Source of the DNA: Podarcis erhardii
Taxonomy: Eukaryota
DNA length: 64,000 bases
Reading direction: 5' to 3' (one strand)
Assembly (NCBI GenBank): GCA_964252035.1
Contig: OZ176201.1
Shown: positions 35,601 through 46,900 of the stretch, piece after piece
How the letters are laid out: each line of letters begins with the position of its first letter
Position numbering within the stretch: the first letter of the stretch is position 1
Made by a program: the position numbers and the translations under genes
Notes under the pieces: model-generated
Told to the model about the DNA's origin: nothing
Database searches by the model: none
The model's input: only the letters and a program-made list of their open reading frames with translations

Positions 35601-38600
35601 AATTGGAGGCATTTGCCTGAAATGGCTTCATTTGCCTACTTCATTTTGATTCAACAAATGTTCTTTTTCCAGAAATGAGGAAAGTTTCTAATATAATTTG
35701 CTGCTGACTGAGGAAAGAAGGTTGGGATTCACTGGCTGATCAAGAGGGATTCAACCTTGGCATTAACAGCACCACACGCTAACCAACTGAGCTATTTACA
35801 ACAGATACTGCATTCCTCATACCTTTTCAGTGTGTTTTCCTCTGTCATCATGAGGAATAGGAACAAACTTTCAGAAAACCCCCAATGATAGTTGGATCTG
35901 GAGGATCGCACTGCAGCCAACAGATTATAAATGAAAACGCACATTCCATGCTATGCAATTCAGACACAGCCGTGCCAATTTTTAGCACTCCCCACTCCAG
36001 TTATATATAGACTGCTATATTTAGCATCCTCCAGGCTTGCCTATATAATCGTAATGCACAGTTGCTGATTCTCCTCCTGTCACTCAGATTCTGAAGTGCA
36101 ACATACACCCTTCCAGAAAACCAGTCCCTTACAACAGGGCTGGCGAACTTGTGGCCCTTCAGATATTTCTGGACTCCAGCTCCTATCATCCCCAGCCAGC
36201 ATGACCAATGGTCAAGGAGGATGGGGGTTGAAGTCCAGCATCACTTGGAGAGCCAGCAGTCTTTTACCCCAGCTTTACACTGATGACATGTTACAGATAG
36301 GTAGCCGTGTTGGTCTGCCATAGTCAAAACAAAAAATTCCTTCCAGTAGCACCTTAAAGACCAACTAAGTTAGTTCTAGGTATGAGCTTTCGTGTGCATG
36401 CACACTTCTTCAGATACTTTGGTATCTGATACTTTGGTATTTGATACTTCTTTGGTATCTGAAGAAGTGTGCATGCACACGAAAGCTCATACCTAGAACT
36501 AACTTAGTTGGTCTTTAAGGTGCTACTGGAAGGAATTTTTTGTTTTGACTGATGACATGATTACAATTTTTATTTTACTTTTGGGGTAAAATCAGCGTCA
36601 GAGCCTAGACAGTGCCAGGAACAAAAAAAAAAAGCACACAAACAAAAACAAAACGCCAAACCACCTGACTTGATAGCCCTTTCTTAGATCGTTCAATAGT
36701 TATCCATGTATCCAGTACCATTTCTCTAGAAAAAGAGGAGCCAGAACTTACTATGGACACCTTTCTTGTTCTTATATAATGGCAATGGTGCCCACCTGAG
36801 AGTGGCCAGAACTGAGTTCCGGCTGGAAAAAAAGCCCTGCATGTAATCCCTGTGTAACGGGAAGTGTCACAAGTCTGAGCGGCACCATGTACCTTTCCTT
36901 AAGTCAGAAAGGGAAAAAAAATAATGTCTTACTAACACAAAGCTCAGCTTCCTTGATATCACAACAACAATACTATTGGTGTTAGAAAAAAGGCGCTGTC
37001 CGCACTGAACTCACCTCCAGGACTCTGCCACTGATGTACCGGTTGCAGGTCTCACATTTAATGCCAAATTGGGCATGGTAGTCAGATTCACAGTATGGAA
37101 TGCCATCCCTGTGGGAAAAGATTCAGGCTATGAGGCTTAGAAGAGGGGAAAGGATAGTCAAGAATCTCCCCCCACCCCTCAGCAGAATTTCTATTGTATG
37201 ATGCTGAAATGTGACCTGTGCTCAAGTGAAGGGCACCAAGGGGAAAAGCAGCCTGCCAGGGGCTTATTTTGGTGTCCCGTCAGAAACTCTAGTTAAGTTC
37301 ACAAAGGCTGCTTTACATTATTGGGGTTGAGGAGGCTCCTTTCCCCTGATCTCAGACTTTCCACTCCTTGCCTCTTCTCATCTCACTCCCCATGCTGTAG
37401 GACATATTTCCACCACAACTCTGCCTCCTCTTCATTGTTGCATCGCACAGGACAGGGAAGGGAAGGGTTATATGGAAGGTTTCAGCTTTGTGCCTCTGCA
37501 CAGTTCCCAGGAGACAGCAGGAGGGCAGTTTCTAGGGCACAAAGGTGCCCTGTGGCAAGGGAGATGCTCACATCAAAGAGGCGTATGAGTCTAGACTCCT
37601 GCTTTTATTGCTCTCAAAAGGTTTTCAGGGACTTAGGTTGTTTCCCTGTTCCCATGGTCTCTTAGAACACCAGTTGTTCTAAGACACCAGTCACTCCTGG
37701 TGGTAGGATAAAACCTTATGGGACAGCTAGATTTTGAACTGGAGAGTCATTGCATAAGGGTACCATGGAACTAGTATTGCCTGAATCTGCTCCTAACCTG
37801 CTTTGACCCAGTTCAGAGACCAATGCAAGCATGGAGTTCTTTATGTACCAGGGTTTGCATCAGGGATCGGTTGAGCAGTGAATGAGCTCTTCAGGGGAAC
37901 ACTGCCCTAGCCACCTGCTCTCAGCCATGTTAGACTGATTCAGAAATACACACAACGGGTGAATTTGGATGACCGTATATTGGCTTAATAAGCCAAGATC
38001 AGAACAAGCCTGCTGGCTGTGCACACACTCCCTTCAACCCTCCCTCTGCCATGGCAGCAAACAAACCAGAAAGATTTCCACTAGCTATAGTTTCTTTCTT
38101 CATACAAACTCGGAAACTATGGTTAACTGGTTTAGAACAAGGCAGGATATTCAGCCAAGTGTCATCATCTTAACACCTTTAAATAAAAAAAATCTGTGGT
38201 GTGATTGCTACTCTATACACTTCTAGTTACGAAATCTGAAAAAGGATACTGTACAAAGCAACCCTACCATCAACACTGGAGAGTATTGGGCTTTTCTGTT
38301 AAAAGATGGAGGGAACCTGGAAATGTACGTTGTTGGAGAGCTCTTCTTGCTCTTAATTTCAAGCCACGATTTACTATTCTGTCATGTTCTGAAGACATTA
38401 ACTGCAGTTTCCTCATTTGTGCAAAATGAGAAGTGATGGTTAATGAAAGACTTCCAGATCTGTTTGCTCACTCTTGCAAAGGGAGGGGGGCTATGATATG
38501 GAGATGTGCTAATGATCTTAATGCAGTCTATACACAAGGAAGAAGTAACCGAGTGCAGTGGCCATCCAAAAGCAAGAAAGAACTGTGACCATGCTTAGCC

Positions 38601-41600
38601 CAATGGAGAGCAGGCCCCTGACTTATGCTGGAGCTCTGACATTGTAATCAGAGGGGAAAGCGCGAGGAGTTTTGATAAAGGAGACTAAAGGAGGCAGGCA
38701 GGCAGGCAGGAAATGTCTGTAGACTTTTCTTTGAGGAGTGTTAAGCCTGACAAAACCTGCTTCACACATTACGCTTTCTACACAATCATTCATATTTGTT
38801 TAGGAAAGGGAGGGGGAGGGAACTTGTAAAATATAATGGTTGAATTGCTTTGTGACTATTATTTTCTTGGCCTGCTGCATATATACTGGGAATCAAACTC
38901 AGCTCTCAGAAAGACATCCACCCGTTGTGCTAACACAAGGATTTGTCTTTGTGTGAAAGGATTCAGAAGATCAGCATGGATTTCTGAAAAATAAGTCGTG
39001 TCAGACTAACCTGATCTCATTTTTTGACAGAATTACAAGCCTGGTAGATGAAGGGAATGCAGTGGATGTAGCCTACCTTGATTTCAGCAAGGCATTTGAC
39101 AAGGTGCCCCATGATATTCTTGTAAAGAAGCTGGTAAAATGCGGTCTTGACTATGCTACCACTCAGTGGATTTGTAACTGGCTGACTGACCGAACCCAAA
39201 GGGTGCTCATCAATGGTTCTTCTTCATCCTGGAGAAGAGTGACTAGTGGGGTGCCACAGGGTTCTGTCTTGGGCCCGGTCTTATTCAACATCTTTATCAA
39301 CGACTTGGATGATGGACTCAAGGGCATCCTGATCAAATTTGCAGATGACACCAAACTGGGAGGGGTGGCTAACACCCCAGAGGACAGGATCACACTTCAA
39401 AACGACCTTGACAGATTAGAGAACTGGGCCAAAACAAACAAGATGAATTTTAATAGGGAGAAATGTAAAGTATTGCACTTGGGCAAAAAAAATGAGTGGC
39501 ACAAATACAAGATGGGTGACACCTGGCTTGAGAGCAGTACATGTGAAAAGGATCTAGGAGTCTTGGTTGACCACAAACTTGACATGAGCCAACAGTGTGA
39601 CGCGGCAGCTAAAAAAGCCAATGCAATTCTGGGCTGCATCAATAGGAGTATTGCATCTAGATCAAGGGAAATAATAGTGCCACTGTATTCTGCTCTGGTC
39701 AGACCTCACCTGGAGTACTGTGTCCAGTTCTGGGCACCACAGTTCAAGAAGGACACTGACAAACTGGAACGTGTCCAGAGGAGGGCAACCAAAATGGTCA
39801 AAGGCCTGGAAACGATGCCTTATGAAGAACGGCTAAGGGAGCTGGGCATGTTTAGCCTGGAGAAGAGGAGGTTAAGGGGTGATATGATAGCCATGTTCAA
39901 ATATATAAAAGGATGTCACATAGAGGAGGGAGAAAGGTTGTTTTCTGCTGCTCCAGAGAAGCGGACACGGAGCAATGGTTCCAAACTACAAGAAAGAAGA
40001 TTCCACCTAAACATTAGGAAGAACTTCCTGACAGTAAGAGCTGTTCGACAGTGGAATTTGCTGCCAAGGTGTGTGGTGGAGTCTCCTTCTTTGGAGGTCT
40101 TTAAGCAGAGGCTTGACAACCATATGTCAGGAGTGCTCTGATGGTGTTTCCTGCTTGGCAGGGGGTTGGACTCGATGGCCCTTGTGGTCTCTTCCAACTC
40201 TATGATTCTATGATTCTATGATCCTTTGCCCTATTATGCCTAGATTACTCCAGGGCTAAAAGTGTCCATTGATTAACCAGTGTGTATTGAGTAATTAAAT
40301 CACTAACTGCACAGTAAAAATGTAATGTGGCTTTTAAATGGGATTCTAGCAGACGCTGTCCAGTGACTTTCGGTACTGATGGCAGTTTTACAAACAATTA
40401 TCTTGAGGGAATTTAAGATAGCTTTACTGCCAATGAAAGTAATTTCTCTGCATTACTCAGTCAAGAGAAACGTTGTTCTCCTTATATAGCCTCAAATATT
40501 TCCTGGCACTGTCTATAATGTCACAGCTTCAACTCACATCCATCTACACACAGGAGATAGGTGCTGTATTTACTGCAGCAGTCCTCTGGCCTGTCAAATG
40601 ACTTTTGTAGGAAAGGTGATCTGCTGGTTCCCTCCAGGTAGATGCAAAAGGAGGCTGCATATCTTTCCCGAGAAAGAGATGTGCAACTCCCCTCTTTGTG
40701 CATTACACAGGGAATGAAAAAGAAGAGGCACAGAAGAGGCACTCTTTCTTTCACAGCTTGGCTGCAACATACAAAGTTGAATGAGAGATGCCAGGTGGTG
40801 CAGCCTGGAGACCTTCTCCAAGGGCACAGGTCAAATGCTGAGCTTTGAAGCAATCCCCACCCACTCAGCAGAGAGATGAGGAATGTGGGCCAGCAGGCCA
40901 TGGGGAGGAGACACGCACTTGCTGATGTATTCTCCAGTCAGGACGATCCCACAGGTTTGGCACTTGAAGCAGCTGACATGCCACTGTTTCTCCAGGGCCA
41001 GGAGAGACTGACCTTGCTTGATCTCCTCCTTGCAACCTGCACATTCTGGGAAGCCAACAAAGCAGAATTAACAACACAGCAGCAGTATCCTGAACAGTTT
41101 AAGAAGCAGACACTGAAGGACAGCTGTGCCTACCAATGGCATCCTGCCTTGCAGAATCATGGACAACACTAACTTGAATGACAGGGCATGCAGTAAAGGG
41201 TACAGACATTCTGGGATCCCTGTGCCATTTTCAGGGTCCTGTCCTAATTTAATGCAAGGAGTAGCTATTTATCTAGCACAGCAATGAAGGACCTCAGGGC
41301 CAGGAGGGGAGTATAGCCCTCCAGGCCTCTTTGTCTGGCCCTCAGAATTTTCCCCATACCCCTCACTAGACCTGCTTCACATCTTTTGCCTGGCTGGAAT
41401 ATGTCCTTGAAATCTGATGATGCCTTTTTCTTGCCTGAATGGAGGAAAAAAGAGGGGTGTATGTGTAGAAACTAGCCTACTTGCCATGTCACAGGGAGGT
41501 GACATGGGGGAGTCCTCACCAAAGGACCAGGAGGTGTTGGTCTTACACCAAGCCCTGGGTCAGGCTCCATCAGGGGTGAGGAGCTAAGGTCTCATGAAGA

Positions 41601-43435
41601 GGTAAAGGAGGGGCCAGCCACTCTCAGGGTCAGCTCAGCCTCTGACATGAGGGAATGGCAGATTGGAAACCTGTCTCATCCAAAGACAAGGCTACAGACA
41701 AGGGCTCCTCAGGAGTAAAGGTCTCCTTGAGAGGAAAGCCCTCCTCTGCAAGAAGGCAGGTGATAAGAGTCAGCCTCTGCACATTCTAATTACGAGCTGT
41801 TCTGACCTTGCTGCTTGCCTGACCCTTGTTGTAAGCTCTGCATGCTTGGACCTTGACCTTGGACTGGCCCTGGATGCTCAGGAGCCCAGTGAGAACAGGG
41901 CACTGCTTCACAGAGGGAGTTTTTGCATTAGTGGCTCTACCCACTTTTGCGTCTGGGTCCCGCCTATCACAGGAATGTGGGCCCCAGAAGGTTGTCCAGA
42001 AGGGAACAGTGGAGAATGGAACAAAGTGGCTCCCAAAATAATTCTTGAGCTACAGCTACACACACACACACACTTCCTTCCCTTAAAAAATGCAAGCTGA
42101 AAGTTGTAAATATTGCTCTAAGCCCTGTGCTGAACTGAGCACCTAGGGCAGAAAGTGAACTTCCTGTTTTAGGTCACATTTGTTGAGCCTGACTTGGTTT
42201 TCCACATTTTACTGCTGGCAAGTAGTGTGCTTATGTAATAGGCCTGTGGAAAGAACGGCCACATTCCAGCTGGCTGCCAATTCCTTCCTCTTCCTGGTGA
42301 ATTTCTCCTTGCCGTTTCCACTCCTGAGCCAACTGCTCAAACCAAGCCAGATGTGGCTATTCAGGAGCACCTTCCCTTTTGAAGAACCTAACCTAGGAGC
42401 ACCTGGCACAAGGGAAAAGGAAATCAAAGAAACAGAGGTGGGGCACATGGATGGAGCTTCTACACACCACCAGATGCTTGAGGGAACCATGGGCTCCTTT
42501 GTTTCATCTCCATGCCCCATTGATTTATTTTGCTCAAGAACAGGCAAAGTAGTGGTTGACATTCTGCTGGCAGCCCCCACCTACCCCATGTCTCCCACTA
42601 GTAGAAATGGAAGGGCATTTTTCGACGCAAGGCAACATTGGAAGAGCTGTTCCCTAACCTCTGTCTGTCTTGGCCATGTCCGGCCCGTGGTGTTATTTAC
42701 CAGCTTCCCTTCCCTTTCCCATTTCCCTCGCTGTCTGTCGAGACCAGTGACAGGAAGCACATGGGCTTGGAAGCCATGACCTTGACTGTGCTCTGACAGG
42801 CTCTTTCCTCCTGTCCCTTCAAAATCGGAGAATCGCCCAGATTTCCAAGTAGCCGCTTTGCCTCATGGGTTGCTGCCCAGTTAGAAGATGGGCTGATCCT
42901 TTTGGGAAATCAATTCTAGCAACAGCAAGTGCAACAAAATGCCCAAAGGTGCAGAGGTGAAGGGCAGTGCTGCTGATGCTCCCTTTCATTTGCCACACCT
43001 CAAGAGTGCTTGCTTGAGGGAGAAAACACAAAGCAGATCCTCAAGCTGTTCCTCCTTAGCTCTCTCTTCACTAATCTGTCAATGCTACCCTCAGGCTTGC
43101 TGGTGCTCACCCTTTTTTGCTACATTCCACTGCTAGGAAGGCTTAGGAGAATCTCCAGCTATTTTTAAAAGCATCATACAACACTTCAGACAAGTTTTCT
43201 CTGGATCCTGGAAAAAAAGACAGTTAATCACGAAAGCCTTATATGTTTTACAGCAGCTAACAAAATGATATTAAACTCGCACAGAAAATGTTTTGCCTTT
43301 ATATATTGCGGGGCGTTCTGACCTAGGTAGCCTTTGCATATACAGTACTCTTCCTGCCTCCTTTTCTGAAACAACTGTGAGGTGCTGTTTTAGCAGCACC
43401 AGTGAGTGTGCATTAAGAGCAGTGGCTAATATAGG

Positions 43436-43476
<41 letters not shown>

Positions 43477-43880
43477 TCACTGTGTTTCACCCGGACCCAT
43501 CCTGAATGCTGCTTGCAGCTTGTTATGAATAATCCATGCTGCCCTCAAGTAACCTGAGCTACACAGCCAAGGAGACGAATATATGCAAGAGTGGATTTCA
43601 GGGGAGGATGTGGTCTTCATGTGACCTGATAGTGGTCTAGGGCATGAAGAGGGAAGGGTGGGGTAGGGGGGCAGAAACCGCATAGTGGCCTTCACTTGGT
43701 TTCTCTCTCCTGGGTCTAAACAGGTTCCTGGAAATCAAGCACAGAGGGAGGGGAAGAGAAGAGAAGCATTGTGCAGATTCAGCAGGCTCTGGGCAGCCAG
43801 TTTGATTCACAGCACCTGGTTCCTGAGTTTCCAGTAGCAGAAACTGTTGGCTAACTAGTCTGATTCTGAGAGTTCGGTTC

Positions 43881-43919
<39 letters not shown>

Positions 43920-46900
43920 TGCTATAAGGTGATAATTAGAACCCAGAGAACATCTCATTGACTTAATAGGAAATACCTTAGCAGAGTGATTTGGTTTTCT
44001 TACATGCTATGTACACAATTACATATGTGTGACGTGCAATATTACATGTGTGCCACATGTAGTATTAATATTATATATATCCCCTTGGTGTTACACGTAT
44101 CACAAGATTGGAGGCAGGGCCAGCCACAGACATTCTGAGCCAGGAAATACAAATGACACCCCTATCTTAATAATTAACATGGGGCCCACAATCCACTGGC
44201 AAGTTCTCCTCCACATCCCTCATTGTAATGAACTACTATGCCTTTGCTCAGTGTTCCTGTTTCTTTTGAAGTGGCTTGCACCCTATAGGTCCAAATCTGT
44301 CTGTCTCCAAGTCCAATAGCATGAATGGAGTCTAAAATACAGATTGAAGCAGCTGTTTCACTTTGCTGCATGGATGGAAGCTGTTTGTAACTCTGAATTA
44401 TTGGGATCTGAAAGGAGGACAGCTGCCAACTTCATCATTCCAAAAACTCCAGGGACAAACTCCAGCCAAAGATGCCAAGAAAGATTTTATTGCATTTCAG
44501 TGACATCGTTTGATCAATCGGAGTCATCGTCTCATAATAAGGAAGGACAAGACGCTGTGATGTCTGGGTGCAATCACTTCTTGGAGTGGATGCAGAAGCT
44601 GGTAAAAGAATATTGTTGTCATCAAGTACACATTTCTGCTATCTCTCTGTTTCTTTAGTGGTTGTAGATACATTAGATTCCAAGCTATAGCAGGCCTCCT
44701 GCTCCTTTGGTAGCATGGAGAAGATTGACAGATACAGCTGCTCAGCTTCTGCCTCCCATCCAAAGGAAAGAAGCTGTGCCCTAGACTGCATCTCACAAGA
44801 TGCCCTCCATCTTTCATTGCCAAGGAAAGGCCAATAGTCAACCCTACCCTGATTTCCCACCCTTGTTTCCCTTTACAGGGCATCTCTTTCCTATAGACCG
44901 GGGCAGGGGAGCCCATTGGCCATGCTGGCTGGGGCTGATGGGAGTTGGAGTCCAACAACATCTGGAGGGGCACAGGTTTCCCCATCCCAGATTCAGATCC
45001 TCCACACCTGCTAAAAATGCATTTGCTAACCAGTCTGGAGGTTATCAGTGGGATACAGCAAGCAAAACAGCCTGGAGGTCAGCTGTAGCCTACAGATCCA
45101 GCAGCTAAGACAGAGAGAGCATGTCCTGACATTCAGTGGATTTGGACACATAAACATGGTTCAGTTTTAGGCATAAAAAAATCAACCCTGGATCAAATGG
45201 TCACAGTGCAGTTATACACACTCATGCCTTTGGGAAGATTCAGGGAGCCAATACTGAGGAATCCTTGTGGGCACCAACATCTTATACAGTGGTACCTTGG
45301 GTTACAGACGCTTCAGGTTACAGATGCTTCAGGTTACAGACTCCGCTAACCCAGAAATAGTGCCTCGGGTTAAGAACTTTGCTTCAGGATGAGAATAGAA
45401 ATCGTGTGGCAGCGGCGTGGCAGCAGCAGGAGGCCCCATTAGCTAAAGTGGTACTTCAGGTTAAGAGCAGTTTCAGGTTGAGAACGGACCTCCAGAACGA
45501 ATTAAGTTCTTAACCAGAGGTACCACTGTATACATTTGTGTATATATATTAGTTAAGTGCACAAATTTGGAATTATATTTCCAAATGCAGCTGTATAACA
45601 AAAAGGGGGAGGGGTCTGCAGAAATGCGGGTGTAAGTTTGACTTTCTCTTTTAACAGTGCCTTCTTTATGTACTTCTGTTATTGTTTCTTAAAATATGTA
45701 TTTTAAACCATCTTTCATCAACTAACTCTCAGGCTGGTCTACATGCAGACCACATTCTCAAACATGGTGATATGCATATGTAAATCTATTGAAATCAATA
45801 GGTACAAGTGCTCTCAGTTGGATTGTGTTCAGTGTTGCTCGTGTTTGGCAGTTCCCTGCAGCCTGGTCAGGAGCAGGCTGTCACCGGGGGACGGGACACA
45901 CACACACACACACACCACACACACACACACTGTTTTATAATCATTTTGTGCTGTTCTTCCCTTTGCAATCAGTGTGTCTATGTAAATACTAGGGAACAAG
46001 AACATCTGTTGCTTCCACACTGACATCACACAGCCTGCACTGCAATTGTGCCCAGCTGGTCCACATCCCAGTGCAGAGCACTCGCCAAAAAAAGTATTGT
46101 ATTTTTTAAAGAGTGATCGCCATTTAAAACAGGAGTAGAGAACCTTCTTCAACCTGAGGGCCACATAATTCTCTGGACAAACTTCTGAGGACCAGATGCC
46201 TGTGGTGGGTGGGTCCAGAGGCAAAACCGGGCATAACATTGAATGTGAATATTCCCTTTGTACACTAGTTTCTCCACAGTCACATAACCCTCTCTATTCT
46301 CCACCCAGGCAAGCAAGAAGCACTCGAGTTTCAGGACACATTCCAGCCCAGCAAAAACACGCAAGGAGTATGCAAAGTGGAGCCAGTGAGAGGTGTGGCC
46401 TGAGAAAGATGTGCAGCCTGGGGAGAATCTCAAGGGTTCACATCAGATGGAGGTTCTCCACACATTTACGGTCAAAGTATAAAAATAATGAGGTAGGATC
46501 TGCTGGACTTACGGCTTGGTCCATGAATCTTGATGGGTTTGTTGCTGATCAGTGAATGGGAGCAGGTTTGGCAAACGCAGTCCTTGCCACTGAATGTGAC
46601 TTTGTCTCCAATGGGGAATGGCTTCCTGAAAGAAAGGCGAACCCAAGAAAACATCACAAATACTCTGTAGGACTTCAGATACCTATGGATCCCCTTTGTC
46701 AGTTTGCTAGTTCTTCTTCTTCTACAGCACCTCACACCCATCATTGGATCTATGCCTCTTCAAGCTATCTCCAGGACTTGCTGTTGCTTACTCTATTTTT
46801 CTTTTATTTTTAAACCTTGTTCCCCCCCTCCTCTGTATGTTGCTTTTGAACATGGTATTGAAAATTTGGCCACCTAATGAGAAGAGAAGACTCCCTGGAA

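Larger units (their letters stand above)
36291..36547. mobile_element. Penelope-like element pLTR pair (inverted, head-to-head) with hammerhead motifs
   Basis: 12-bp TSD ACTGATGACATG (36279-36290 / 36548-36559); perfect 96-bp inverted repeat; gtagcaccttaaagaccaac..tatgagctttcgtg is the recalled sauropsid PLE terminal signature. Confidence 0.8.

Noticed and set aside
36418-36454. CRISPR-like or prokaryotic repeat-spacer pattern
   Set aside because: Only 2-3 contiguous 15-nt units with no unique spacers, in a vertebrate intron; explained by the PLE junction.
39163-40197. Minus-strand ORFs 39163-39393, 39397-39642, 39916-40197 and 6281-6478
   Set aside because: Antisense shadows of the CR1 ORF.
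43651-43671. G-quadruplex-type motifs (GGGAAGGGTGGGGTAGGGGGG; C-rich mirror at ~24411-24430)
   Set aside because: Common in this genome and not near splice sites or a promoter.
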